Shown one piece after another: positions 24,012 to 36,874 of a stretch of 64,000 nucleotides of DNA. Under the pieces are notes generated by a model. It did no database searches. It saw only the letters and a program-made list of their open reading frames with translations, and had not been told where the DNA came from. Origin of the DNA: Lama guanicoe (taxonomy: Eukaryota). The stretch is taken from positions 1,085,285 to 1,149,284 of the forward strand of contig MU053934.1 of NCBI GenBank assembly GCA_013239625.1, read 5' to 3'. The position numbers and the translations under genes are program-made. Each line of letters opens with the position of its first letter. The first letter of the stretch is position 1.

Positions 24012-26340
24012 ATATATATCATTTGTAAATATTTTCTCCCATTCAGTAGGTTGCCTTTTCATTTTACTGATGGTTTCCTTTGCAATGCAAAAGCTTTTAA
24101 GTTTGATTGGTTCCCATTTATTTTTGCTTTTGTTCTCTTGCCTGAGGAGACAGATCCAAAAAAAAATATTGCTAAGACCTATGTCACAGTATACTGTCTT
24201 TTTTTTCTTCTAGGAGTTTTATGGTTTCAGGTCTTACATTTAGGTCTCAAATCCATTTTGAGTTTATTTCTGTATATGGTGTGAGAAAATGTTCTAATAT
24301 TATTTTATATGTAGCTGTCCAGTTTTCCCAACACCATTTATTGAAGAGACTGTATTTTCCCCCATTGTATATTCTTGCCTCCTTTGTTGTAGGTTAATTG
24401 ATCATATATGTTTGTGTTTATTTTGGGGTTCTCCATTTTGTTCTGTTGATCTAGGTGACTGTTTTGTACCAGTATCATACTGTTTTGATTACTGTAGCAT
24501 TGTAGTATAATCTAAAGTCAAGGGGGATGATATCTCCAGTGTTGTTGTTGTTTTTCCCCCTCTGAATTGCTTTGGCTATTCAGGGTCTTTTGTGGTCCCA
24601 CACAAATTTTAGGATTATTTGTTCTAGTTTTGTGGAAAATGTCACAGGTATTTTGATAGGGATTGCATTAAATCTGTAGACTGCTATGGGTAGTATAGAC
24701 AATTTAACAATATTAATTTTTTTTATCCATGAACATGGGATATCTTTCCATTTCTTTGTATTGTTTTCAGTTTCTTTCATCAGGTCTTATACGTTTCAGA
24801 ACATAGGTCTTTCACCTCCTTGGTTAAATTTATTTCTCAGTACTTTTTTCTTTTTGATACAATTGTAAATAGGAAGTTTTCAGCCAAACACATTTTCTGC
24901 CTTTTTCTCTCTCTCTCTCTTCTCCTCCTGGGACCCCTATAATGCAAATGTTAGTATGCTTGATGTTTTCTCAGAGGTCCCTTAAAATATCCTTATTTAA
25001 AAAAATTTTTTTGTTTCCTTTTGCTGTTCTGATTTAGTGATTTCCACTGTTCTATCTCCCAGATCACTTATGCATTCTGTATCACCTAATCTGTTGTCAT
25101 TTCCTTCTAGTATATTTTTCATCTCAAGTAGTATATTCTTCAGCTCTGACTGATTCTTTTTCATATTTTCTAGTTTTTTTTTTTTGCTGAAGTTTTCATT
25201 GTGTTTCTCTGTTCTTTCCCCAAGTTTATTGAGCATTTTTATTACTGTTGCTTTGAACTCTTTATCAGGTAAATTACCTCCATTTTTGTTAGATTTTTTT
25301 CTGGGGTTTTATCGTGTTCTTTCATTTGAACATATTCCTCTGTCTTCTCATTTTGTTTGACTTTCTCTATTTGTCTCTATGAAATTAGGCAAAATAGTTA
25401 CATATCTCCATGGGAGCACCCCTATGCAGTCTGCATGTGATCAGCAGCTTTGGCAGGAGAGCTGGATCTGCAGTGAGCATGGAATGCATCTTCTCTTGGG
25501 GTGTGGTAGCAGCTGCTGCCTTGACAGTGGGTGGGGCTGGAGCCAAAGGGGCTAGAAGCAGAGCCATGTCAGAGTCAGGGGTTCTCCTTAGCTCATTGGC
25601 AGTCAGTGCTCTCTTCTGGGGCAGGACCAGAGCCAGAGGGGCTGAAGCAGCATCTCGGAGGCCTTGGGCTTCTCTCCTGTGTGATGGCAGTCTCCACCTT
25701 GGTCAGTGGCTGAGTTTGGAGCCACATTTTTTAGCTGGATTGGCTTTTTCCCCCAGTGTACATGTTGCACATGATGGCAATGGCAGCCTCCTCCTTAGGG
25801 AGGGGCAGTACTGGAGCAGGAGTGGCTGAAGCAGAAGCCTGATGGGGGCTGGGAGGTATGCTGGGGTGGTCCTGGCAGGCCAGCCAGAGCATCATCAGGC
25901 AGTTTCCAAACTACTGCCTCTCCTGGAACTGGGAGCAAACAAGTCTGTGCCCATGCTCTTCAAGCACGGAGTCTCAGTTCCTCACAGACGTCTGGTAAGC
26001 CCCACTGGTTTTCAAACAAGTTGAGGGGGCTCATCCTCCCACCATCTATGTCAGAGCTGAGAACTCCTCACTCCTTAAGGAGAATCCTTAAACCTGAACC
26101 TGTGATACCCACTTCCTCTTTTGGGTCATGTGCTAGAGGTGTGTGTCCTGAATAGACTGCTTTTCCTCCCCTCCTACAAAACTCCATGTGGTTTTTTCTT
26201 TACAGCCTTGGCTGTAGAAGAGCCATTCTGCTAGTCTTCAGGTCATTCTCAGCAGGAGTTGCTCTATATGTAGTTCTGATGTGTTCATAGGAGGAGATGA
26301 GCTCAGGGTCTTCCTACCCTGACGTCTTGATCTCATCTCC
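24012..26340 (-). mobile_element. Rearranged older L1: 5'UTR and ORF1 N-half fused to an ORF2 fragment
   Basis: ORF1-like KKNQSELKNILLEMKNILEG (24997-25236); ORF2-like [33 protein letters not shown] (24580-24780); GC-richer 5'UTR 25400-26340. Confidence 0.85.
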
Positions 26341-26799
26341 TGGGGAGTCTGTTTTGAATCCTGGTTGAGATGCAGAGACCTGAGAAATTCTGAAGACATG
26401 ATAAATAAGGATAATGACATGTGTCCCACAAAGGAATTATCTGAGGATTACAGAAGGTCATGAATTTAAAGTTCAGGCATAGTTCCTGAGCAGTGGAAGA
26501 CACCCACAACTTACTTAGGCCAGAAGACTTATGCTCATTTTAAAAAGGTAAATGAAATATGTTATTCTTTTTTTTTTCACAACTTTTCACCCATTTTGAG
26601 CTTCTAATACTCTGCTGACTAATATTTGCCTTTTCTCCTTTAATGAGCTGTTTCCCTGAAAGAAACAGAGATAAAGGAAAAAAAAACAGAGTGTAATTTT
26701 CTCATTGTTATATCAGAATTTTACAACTGGCCTCAAACGGTCAGCCTGTCTCTTCCTTGCTAATCTTCTTATTCCAAACATGTCTAAAGAAGTTCTTTT

Positions 26800-27380
26800 T
26801 GACTAGTGTGCTGCTGGCACAGGACTAGACAGACAGATCAATGGAACAAAATAGCCCAGAAATAGATTCCAGTATGTATGAGAATTTAATACGTGGTAAA
26901 GGAGACATATTTAATAAGCTGAGACTTCTAGGTAGCAATTTAGAGGGGAAAAATCAATTTTAGGCCCTTACTTCACATCATGCAGAGAAATCAATTCCAG
27001 ATGGATTGAAGAATTAAATACAAAAAAAAAAAAAATCTTAGAAAAACTAGAGAAAAAAGAGAAGTGAATAAGAATCCAATCTCCAGAGAAGTAAGAAATT
27101 TCCAAGCTTAGAGCAATAGAATAAAGCACAAAGGAGAAGATGAAGAGATTCAACTATTTACAATATAATTTTTTAAATCTTGACACATGGACATTCAAAG
27201 GCTAAAACCAGACTGAAATAACACAAATGAGTATATTCAAAAAGCAAATATGGGAAAAGATAAGGGCTCACTAGTAATTAAGAGAATAGTCTTTAAAAAA
27301 AAGAACAAATTTTTAAAACTGTAGAATTGGCAAAATTATTATATTATAAGTATTTTCAATACTAGTAAAGGTGTAAAGAA
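26800..27380 (+). mobile_element. Old L1 ORF2 fragment, host of a younger L1 insertion and continuing at about 28728-28870
   Basis: gacagatcaatggaacaaaatagcccagaaataga (DQWN..PEI motif), degenerate. Confidence 0.7.
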
Positions 27381-27383
27381 ACT

Positions 27384-28720
27384 CAGCAAATGGTGTTGGG
27401 AAAACTGGACAGCAGCATGTAAAACAATGAAGCTTGAACACTCCCTTACACCATATACAAAAATCAACTCAAAATGGATTAAAGACTTAAACATAAGACA
27501 AGATACAATAAACATCCCAGAGGAAAACATAGGCAAAACATTATCTGACATACATTCCAAAAATTTTCTCCTAGAAGAAATAAAAGCAAGAATAAACAAA
27601 TGGGACCTAATGAAACTTACAAGCTTCTGCACAGCAAAGGAAACCAGAAGTAAAACAAGAAGAAAACCTACGGAATGGGAGAAAATTTTTGCAAGTGAAA
27701 CCGACAAACGCTTGATCTCCAGAATATCTAAGCAGCTCATACGACTCAATAAGAAAAAAATAAACAACCCAATCCAAAAATGGGCAGAAGACCTAAACAA
27801 GCAATTCTCCATGGAAGACATACAAATGATCAAAAAGCACATGAAAATATGCTCAGTATCACTAATTATCAGAGAAATGCAAATCAAAACTACAATGAGG
27901 TATCACCTCACACCAGTCAGAATGGCCGTCATTCAAAAATCCACAAATGACAAATGCTGGAGAGGCTGTGGAGAAAGGGGAACCCTCCTACACTGCTGGT
28001 GGGAATGCAGTTTGGTGCAGCCACTATGGAAAACAGTGTGGAGATTCCTCAAAAGACTAGGAATAGACTTACCATGTGACCCAGGAATCCCACTCCTGGG
28101 CTTGTATCCAGAAGGAAATCTACTTCAGGATGACACCTGCACCCCAATGTTCATAGCAGCACTATTTACAATAGCCAAAACATGGAAACAACCTAAATGT
28201 CCATCAACAGGTGACTGGATAAAGAAGATGTGGTATATTTATACAATGGAATACTACTCAGCCATAAAAACCGACAACATAATGCCATTTGCAGCAACAT
28301 GGATGCTCCTAGAGAATGTCATTCTAAGTGAAGTAAGCCAGAAAGAGAAAGAAAAATACCATATGAGATCGCTCATATGTGGAATCTAAAAAACAAAAAC
28401 AAAAACAAACAAACAAACAAAAACAAAGCATAAATACAGGACAGAAATAGACTCATGGACAGAGAATACAGACTTGTGGTTACCAGGGGGGTAGAGGGTG
28501 GGAAGGGATAGACTGGGATTTCAAAATTGTAGAATAGATAAACAAGATTACACTGTATAGCACAGGGAAATATACACAAAATGTTATGATAAATCACAGA
28601 GAAAAAAATGTGACAATGAGTGTGTATATGTCCATGAATGACTGAAAAATTGTGCTGAACACTGGAATTTGACACAACATTGTAAAATGATTATAAATCA
28701 ATAAAAAATGTTTAAAAAAA
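27384..28720 (+). mobile_element. Young 5'-truncated L1
   Basis: Uninterrupted ORF2 C-terminal frame, 3'UTR, aataaa plus A tail; TSD aaagaaact at 27375-27383 and 28719-28727. Confidence 0.95.
27427..28389 (+). pseudogene. L1 ORF2p C-terminal 320 aa (no EN/RT domains)
   Basis: [16 protein letters not shown]...[18 protein letters not shown]...[14 protein letters not shown]. Confidence 0.9.
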
Positions 28721-29029
28721 AGAAACTGCCACACATATCTACTGCATGGAGTAGTATGAATTTGTGTAATACGTTTACAAAACACTTTCATAATTTGTAC
28801 TAAGACACTTGAAAAGATTTGGGATAATTTAAAAGCTGTATTTCCAATATTCAGAATCTAATCTAAAAATATTTTTAAATGTTGGAGTAAGAAGAGAAAC
28901 AGAAGGGGAGGGACCCATTAGCAAGGGATTCTCTGCAGCATAATTTATACTAATAAATTACTATGAATAACATTAATAACAATAAGGAAATTGAGTCAGT
29001 TATGATACATTCGCCTACAGTTAGTAGGT

Positions 29030-32000
29030 ATATCAGTCAGGGTTCCAGAAGGAAACAGATGATGAGTTCAAGTTAGAATAATCTGAGACAAGTCCAGGAA
29101 AGCAATGATTTACAAAGTCATGGACAGAATATAGGAAAATTTATGACACAGATCTAGTAAAAGAAATGCTGTTGCACCTCTAAGCCTCATGAGGTGCAGG
29201 AAAGACACAATTGCCAGAACTTGCAAAGAGCATGTTGGTGTGGAGAGGTTCACGTTGGTAGGAGCTGAGACTCCTTCAAGCCAAGGGACAACCTGGGTAT
29301 TTCTGGTGTGGATGTATCTTATTAAGATTTGTGGGGTGTTTGATACTTCCTGCTAACTAGGAGATATATAGATAGGTAGATAGATAGATGGATAGACAGA
29401 TACATTGGGGTAAATCTTGCTGGCCAGTATACAGTTCCCTCCTCTTCCTGTTGATTTTTCAACATAGGAACCCCAAAAGCCCAGAGAATGGTCTCAGTTT
29501 ACAAATCATCAGAACCGTGACTGGGAACATTTCCTCTTGGGTAGTAGTACCTAAAAACCCACCCAGCCTGAGTTTACCAGAACAAGAAGTATAAGTTCTT
29601 CAAATGGGTCATTAGGTGTCATAGTGAGGGCACATTCCCACCTGGACCAATGCATTCTGGCTGTGTGGTTTAGCAACTGATTGGTGGCATTTATCACATA
29701 CTGTAGCCTAGGACCCCAGTCACCCAGGGACTGGCTCCCAGATGGTGCCTAGTGAGAATTTAATAACCATTCTATCATCTTACCTAGCCAGTTGCTTCTG
29801 AGTAGTGGAGAAACTGGGAAGAACAGTGAAGATCATGGATATGAGTCCATGACTATTCTTTATTTGCTATAAAATGAGTTACTCAGGCAAAGTAGATGGT
29901 ATTTCAGACATCATGGTAAGGATAAAGCATAAGGTACTTTTGAGCTAAGAACATTGGTGCTAACATCAGTTTGGGCAGATAAGGTAAATCCATATTTGGA
30001 ATTTGTGCCCAACTCTGTTACAGCAAAAGTTTACCCTACCTGTGAAGGAGGGTGTGCCAAGCCAGGACTGATAAGGGGAAGTCCATGATGCTGAGATCAT
30101 GATGGTCTCCATCTCTGCTGTCATGGGTACCACTTTGTATGTGGGCCCATTGAGCAAACCCTAGAGTGTCTATGGACTGACATCCATAAAACATTCTTTT
30201 TTGTCCACCTGATTTATCAAAGCTTCCTCTGCAGTGGATGCCCACAGACAGGAATTCACGTAGGATGTAAATGTCTCTCTGCCTATTCTTGGAGGCCTAG
30301 GTCTATCCTTCCTTGCAGATCTCTTTGTCCCCATTCTTCCAATTTTGTTCTTTTGGGGGTGGGGGGGAGGCGGTAAGTAGGTTTATTTATTTATTTATTC
30401 TTAGAGGTGGTACTGGGGATTGAACCCAGGACCTCGTGCATGCTATACCCTCCCCTGCTTCCAATTTTGTTCTTAACCCCAGGTAGCCAGCCGACGCATT
30501 AGCCACTGCTTATGAGTCCATGTAGATCTGATGCTAGGGCCATCTTTCCTTCCCCATGAGCTGGACAACCAGGTGCCGTGCCTGAGGCTCTCCCCATTGG
30601 ACTACTTTCCTCCATTGCTTTTGGAGTCGTCCCAGACTGGGGCTGAACTATAGCAGCCACCCGCTTCCAGCTTATTCTCTCATACTTTGCAGACCCATTA
30701 TTAAGCCAGACCCACACTCTCCCCTCTTCCCTTAACTGGTCATAGGTCATAGGGAACTCCTCATGAAGGCAGTAGATGAGCTTCAGAGGAGTCTTACCAT
30801 CTGTAAACGTGGCTTACTTGTGTCTCCAGAACAGTTCAGGCCTGGCCTCAAGTATTCCACATGTACTTTATAGTGAAATGCTACTGTGCGTGCCAATGTC
30901 ATGCTCCAGTGAATCAGGTGACATCGAGGTCATGATGAGCCTCTCAGGTCCCACAGCTACTCGGTGTCTCATGGCTAGACATTCAGCTTCTACCTGGGTC
31001 CAGGAGCCGCTTTACAAATAGAGAATAATTGTCACAGAAGAAGCCCTCATTAAAAACCCTAGGAGTCAAGCACCTTTGGGGGTTTGCCAGAGGCTCCATA
31101 CAGTATCACTTTGCTGTCAATGTTTCCAATACCATTCAGGCTTGCAGCATCAAAAAAGCTCTTTACACTTTGCACCACAGACTGACTTGTTACAGAACCT
31201 GATTTTGCTCTAAGCCCTATTCAGAACTGTCACCATTATGAGTTACTCAATAAGTGGATCAGAGGAGCATGGCCAAATGCGATGTATGTTGCCTGCAAAG
31301 CACAAAAGACCCACCAAGTGCTCTGCTGCTTTCTTCGTGGTGAATGACTAAAGGCACAGCAAGCACGCTCTGACTTCAATGGCAGAACGCCGACAAGCAT
31401 AGGGCCACTGGACCCTAGAAACTACATCAGTGTGATAGGCATTGGAAATTTATCAGGATTTGTCTTCCACCGTCTCATGCGGGTATATCTTAGGAAGGTT
31501 TGCAGGGTGTTTGATACTTCCTGCTAATCAGGATAAAATATATATATATTCCAGGATTGGGGGGAAATGACAGTTCGGTGTTGGGGCTACAGGATCTTTG
31601 TAAGACATCCTTAAGCCAAGATCCCATATGTTATCTTATCTCTATAAGGCCCCACCCTGAGGGGTGGGCCGTGATGACATTTCAGTTTCCTGCATATTAG
31701 CATCAGTTGAGAGCCAGCATCTAATGGCCACAGAAGATGTAGGTATTATCTTTTTTTTCCCAGTTTAATCAGGCTGATATGTGGCTACAGGTACCCTTGG
31801 AGAAGGTTTTGGGGAAGATTCACATTATACACGTGGAAAAAACACTGCAGGATTTTTCTTCAAGGAGGGCCAGTCTCACCCACAGTTGTTAGATTGTGGG
31901 CATGTGAATTGGCTTAGGTTTAGGGACTAAGTAAAAGGCTGATAATCCCCACTGTAGGGACTCAAGTCATATTTCTGCCCAGTAGCCTTAGAATTTTTAC

Positions 32001-33990
32001 TATATATGTAAGACAGCACCTTCATAGATTGCTCTATATTTAAGGACACTGTTATCAGTTAAGCACCTTCACAGATCCCTGAGAGTCCAAACATTTTGAT
32101 GATCACCCTGTATTCCTGTAGCTATCCTGGTACCTGCACCCACTTTGTTTCCAGTGGTTAAGAGCTGCCACCTAGTTTATGCCAGTCTGGGATTCCATTA
32201 AAACTCCATTGTGATCAGGAAATCCAATTCCAAAATCTCCAGCCCACGGAAGACAGCCAACACAGTGTGCTTCAAAGATGCTGCTGCTCCTCTCACCAGT
32301 GGATCTCCTAGTGTCTTGGAGAAGGATGTGTCTTCCATGTTTGTGAGTGTATGGTTAGGGACAGTCTGACTGACTACACCTGATAGACACGTTCTAACAT
32401 TCCCTTCTCCCTGAGCCTTCAGACCTCCTCCTCTGAAATATACCCAAAAAAAGTTCCAGTATTTGAATCTTATTAACTAACACTCTTTGAACCCAAGTTT
32501 CAATTATCCAACCTGGGAGATGATGGCTGCCTAGGGTATCTGGCCTAATTAACACATTAAGTCCCAAATCCTAGAAGGATGCTTCCTTGTCCATGAATTT
32601 ATCTCATTAGAACTTACTACTCTATCCTCCTTGAATGAGCACCCCTATAATTCGGTCCCACACATGCTTCCCATGACCCTGAGACTTTCCTGATAAATAA
32701 GCTCTCTTGTAGGACAGGCCTTGTACTTCACAGTCGTTGCTGCATTGGTTCTGGTTATGTCCTGGAGACAATGAGATGTTCTGGCAGTGATTCCTGAGAT
32801 AATCAGCATCTGCTTCCAAAGCAATTGCCCCTCAGATGGCAAGGGTGTTGCTGGTGGCTGGGGAGGAGGAAAGCACGGGGGTAGAGATGCTTCTGTAGAC
32901 AAAGAAAGTTCAGAGGAATCGAGAATCTGAGGATTTAGTTTTCAGTCTGAGCCTCATCCATGTCTGCCAAATGTCCTCATCCCATCTCTTAGGATTGCAT
33001 AACTTTTCCCACCATGTCTTACCTACGGTGTAGAGTGCGCCAAATGTGCCGATGGTGGTGCTACAAGCCCTGCAACCTATCACAGAGACATTTGGCTTGG
33101 TCCTCTTACAGCAGTAGATGAGGGGCTTCTTCAGACATGGAATAGAGGCCTCCTGACTGTCCATCTCTGCTCTCAGCTTGGTGTTTAGAGCTTGCATAGT
33201 CTCCTTTTCCCAAATAACACTTTCTAGGGCCATCAGACAGGGCCATGTGAATTCACAATATTTGTGGTCATTATCATCACGACAACAAAGTGTCACAAGC
33301 CCTTAGTTTCCCTACAACTTTTCCTTCATCTTCACTATTCTGCACTATTGATGAAACAAATAACCATGTGGCATGTCACCGCTTACCGTGGATCACGCAT
33401 ACCCCATCTCCCCTTGGCAAGGAGGTCATCCCTATGTTAGTCCAAACACATAAGCCACTCAATTCCAGAATCCAATATTGAGGGCCTCTATTCCGGGACC
33501 TCTTACAATACCATTTATTGTTTTAATCAGAATCCCAACAGGAGATAAATGGCAAACTCTACTTAGGCTAATTTGATACAAGCCTGATAAATGGACTGCT
33601 TAAGAAGATGAGAGGACGGTGCAGTCTAACCACCTAGTGTGTTACCCCAGGATAGTTGAAGCCCTCAGTCTGAAGGGGAGAGGTTTCTAGAACCTGGAAG
33701 GAGGAAGTCATGAGAAGAGCTCCTTGACAGGTGCCTTGATCTTCAGCTGAAGAATGAAGTCTGCCTGTGGTGAACTGCAGGAAGGGAGTAAGGGGAAAAA
33801 TTAACCGATCTCATTCTGCTCCTTCCTTCTGATCCCCTGCTGGGATTCCCATTAGCCAAATGCCTACTGGAAGCCAGAGGGAAGAGAAATTGTGGATGCG
33901 TCCACTTTGTCCAGACTTCCAGGACATAGAGCAGAGGGTTAAAGAGGGCGGATGCCAGCAGACAAAGTGGAGATGTCTCACAGAGTGAAG
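29030..33990 (-). mobile_element. Degenerate ERVL provirus (LTR33/ERV3-16A3-like): 5' LTR about 33520-33990, gag/pol remnants, partial 3' LTR about 29030-29290
   Basis: Minus ORFs YDQLREEGRVWVWLNNGSAKY (ERVL RNase H) and AQWAHIQSGTHDSRDG (integrase N-terminus); LTR motif cccattagccaaatgcctactggaagccagaggg; PBS-like tggtattgtaagag near 33500-33515. Confidence 0.75.
30353..30456 (-). mobile_element. Vic-1-like SINE with internal deletion, inserted in ERVL pol
   Basis: gtactggggattgaacccaggacctcgtgcatgctataccctcccc; 17-bp TSD cttccaattttgttctt at 30336-30352 and 30458-30474. Confidence 0.9.
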
Positions 33991-35019
33991 AAAAGCAGGG
34001 CATTATTTTGCCCTAATGATACGATTAAGATTCGTAATAGTTATTTAGGAGGGAAAACTGGAATAAATAAAACATTAACTTCTTTTTAGATTACAGATGG
34101 CTTTATTACCTTCAGCAACCTAGGTTTTGAAAAATTTGAATGGCAGTGGGGCTAGATTGTAGACTCTTTAAGAATAGACACAATGGCTTTTAAATAAAAC
34201 ATTTAATCCTAGCGTCCAGTTTGGTAAATTGGGAATAACAGTTACTTAATCTTAGAAATCCTATAAAAAATGCAGTTAGAAACTGCAAAATGCATACTTT
34301 TCCAAGGGCATACGGGGAAGAATACTTACTAAAATTGACAATATGCTGGACCATAAAGCGGGTCTCAGGCAGATTTATTCTTTCTTCCAGGTTTTTTCAG
34401 TTCTTTCTTCTGCTAATGAGCCTTCTCTCATTCTGTTTATAGTTATTTTTCCTTTAGTGGGACTTTGAAAAGAGGAGGTAGGTATATACTTAATGTTGAA
34501 TCCCCTGTACTTTAAAGAAAATATTTGAGATTATATTTTTCTTATTATCAACTTCAAGAATGAAACCATGATTGACCCCTTGTATAATGAGGACATGAGC
34601 ATACTCCCTTCCCTCTAAATGCTTCTCCACCAACTTTCTCGTCTTGCTCATAGAATGTGGAGCTTAGTCCTGGATTATTTTTATTAAATACTTCATTTAC
34701 TTTTAAACTCTTTTTATCATTTACTCTTTTATGAATATGTCACCATTCAAATTCTCTATTGTAATCACATTAACAAAAGTCACTAATAGTCATTTTTAAT
34801 TGTCATTGCTTTTAATCTCACGGGACTTTCTCAGGAGAGGGGCTATATCCCACCGTTGCTGAAAATTCTGCAGAACCATCGTCCTGTTCATGAGGATGAG
34901 AAGAAAGAAAGGTGTAGCTTCCATAGACGTCCACTCAGTATAGTATCCCACCCTTGATTGTATCTCTTACATTTTCTGTTTTTTCTATACCAGGCAATAA
35001 AAGTTCTAGCAACAGTCAG

Positions 35020-35250
35020 GCCATAGTATAAAAGACATGAGGTTTGGAATCAGGCTCTCCCAGATCCAAATCCAGCTCTAATACAACTTGATATAGGAAC
35101 CAATTTAAAAAATTTCCTCAAAGCATCCATTTCTTCATCTGTAAAATAGTGATAATAGTGTCTGCCTCAGAGGATTACTATGAAGATAAATTATACAATG
35201 CCGAGAAAGCACTGCTCACAGTGCTTGGCACATACTAAATTTTTAATAAG
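35020..35250 (+). mobile_element. MIR SINE
   Basis: catttcttcatctgtaaaatagtgataatagtgtctgcctcagaggatt. Confidence 0.8.
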
Positions 35251-36874
35251 TCCCGGCTCTTTTATTTATTAGTTGTAGTTGGAAGTGTCTCCTACATGAA
35301 CAGATATGTCATATTACTGCACAAGGTACAACCACTCTCTACTCTTTGGCTCTAGATCCTGCCAAGAAGGTCTGCATGGTACAGCTATAATGGAGAAATG
35401 TGAGACCCAGAAGAGCAGGTGCCTTGCATTTCTGATTCACTGATATTTTCTAAGCATGTAGAACTGTGTCTGGCATAGAGTAAGTACTAAGTAAATATCT
35501 GTGGCATACAGGAAAAGAAAAAGAACTCCTAAATTAGATACAACTCTGCATGAATCCGGGCTCAGCCATTTCTTAGCCGTGAATCTTTGGGTAAGCCACA
35601 TAACTTCTCTGTGTCTCAGTTTTTTCAGTTATAAAATGAGAAGATGCAGTCATTTCTGACTAGCAGAATTAGTCACCTACAATAACACATGTTAAAATTC
35701 TTCATAAACTCTACATCACGATTCAAATGTCTATGTGGATGTGATGGTATGTGGTCACACAGAAATATCAGAAGTCCTTCCAAAACACTGATTATTCTCC
35801 CTGTTTCTGGCCCGTCTCCCTTCATGAGCCTTCTGGCTCAAAAACGCTGGTTGACAACCCTCGAAATCCCATCCAGACCTCCTCTGCCTCCCACCCCATC
35901 TAAGACAAGCTGTCATTCTTGGCTTCCAAGGCTTGTCCTCCTCCTTTTCTCTGGAGTTCTGGGCTTAAGGGTTTGACTTGGTGTGGCTGGTGTTTGGATT
36001 TACAATGTCCCAGAAGGAGTCCGATTTTATGTGACTCGTTCTCAGTACCCTTGTCTGATTCAGTTGGGAATTCCCCTCCTTGGTTCCTTCCCTGTGGCAC
36101 CAGCACCATTTCTAGCCCTTGGACCTCCCCTGCACCACATCCTGCCACACGCAAGTGGGTAAGGAAGATTGAAGAGTGAGCCCCATTAGGATATATTCCT
36201 GAAATCCTAAAACTTTTGACTTATGTGAAAGAATCTGGGGCAAAAGAAGACTATGAGGACCCTTAGGGATTTTTTTTTTAAAGAATTGGGCAATTATCCT
36301 GCATAGCAGACAACAAAATAGGACATAGACAAGTGGTTGGCAGAGTGTGCTGGAAAGAAAATGGTAAGCCTTTGTGCATGTTGTGATGGGCTGAATTAGT
36401 GGCAGTCTCCTGAGGGAGAGTTCAGAGTCATCCCAAAAAGTTCAGCAAAGACATCTGCTCCGATGAAGACATCTGCTCAGTGAAAGTACCGCAGTGGGAG
36501 TGCAAAAGAAAAGAGAAGGTTGGGATGAATTAAAATCAAAAGCAACTGACAGAAATGAGTACAGTATTGAATCTCTTATTAAATGCTGCTGGAACCCTTC
36601 ATTCTGTAGGCACCATGTAGATTTGTACATACCCTACTCAGCTCAAAGGTACAATTGAGAAGCGAAAAGATCCGTCTATCCACAGACGTGATTGTGTCCA
36701 CACTGTGTGCCCAGCTCTGCACTAGGTCCTCTAACCATCTTATCATAATAATTTCTGCCATGGAATCAAAATAAATTGGAAAGAGTTAGAAATAGCATAC
36801 AGAGATGGTAGTGAAGGACTCGATCTGTAGCAAGTATTTGCTCAACGTTGTCAAAGTAATTAAGGAATTTAATC

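Noticed and set aside
27339..27887. 182-aa hydrophobic minus-strand ORF
   Set aside because: Antisense shadow of L1 ORF2, a common artefact
36448..36478. 13-bp direct repeat aagacatctgctc x2
   Set aside because: Only two copies; ordinary local duplication, not an array
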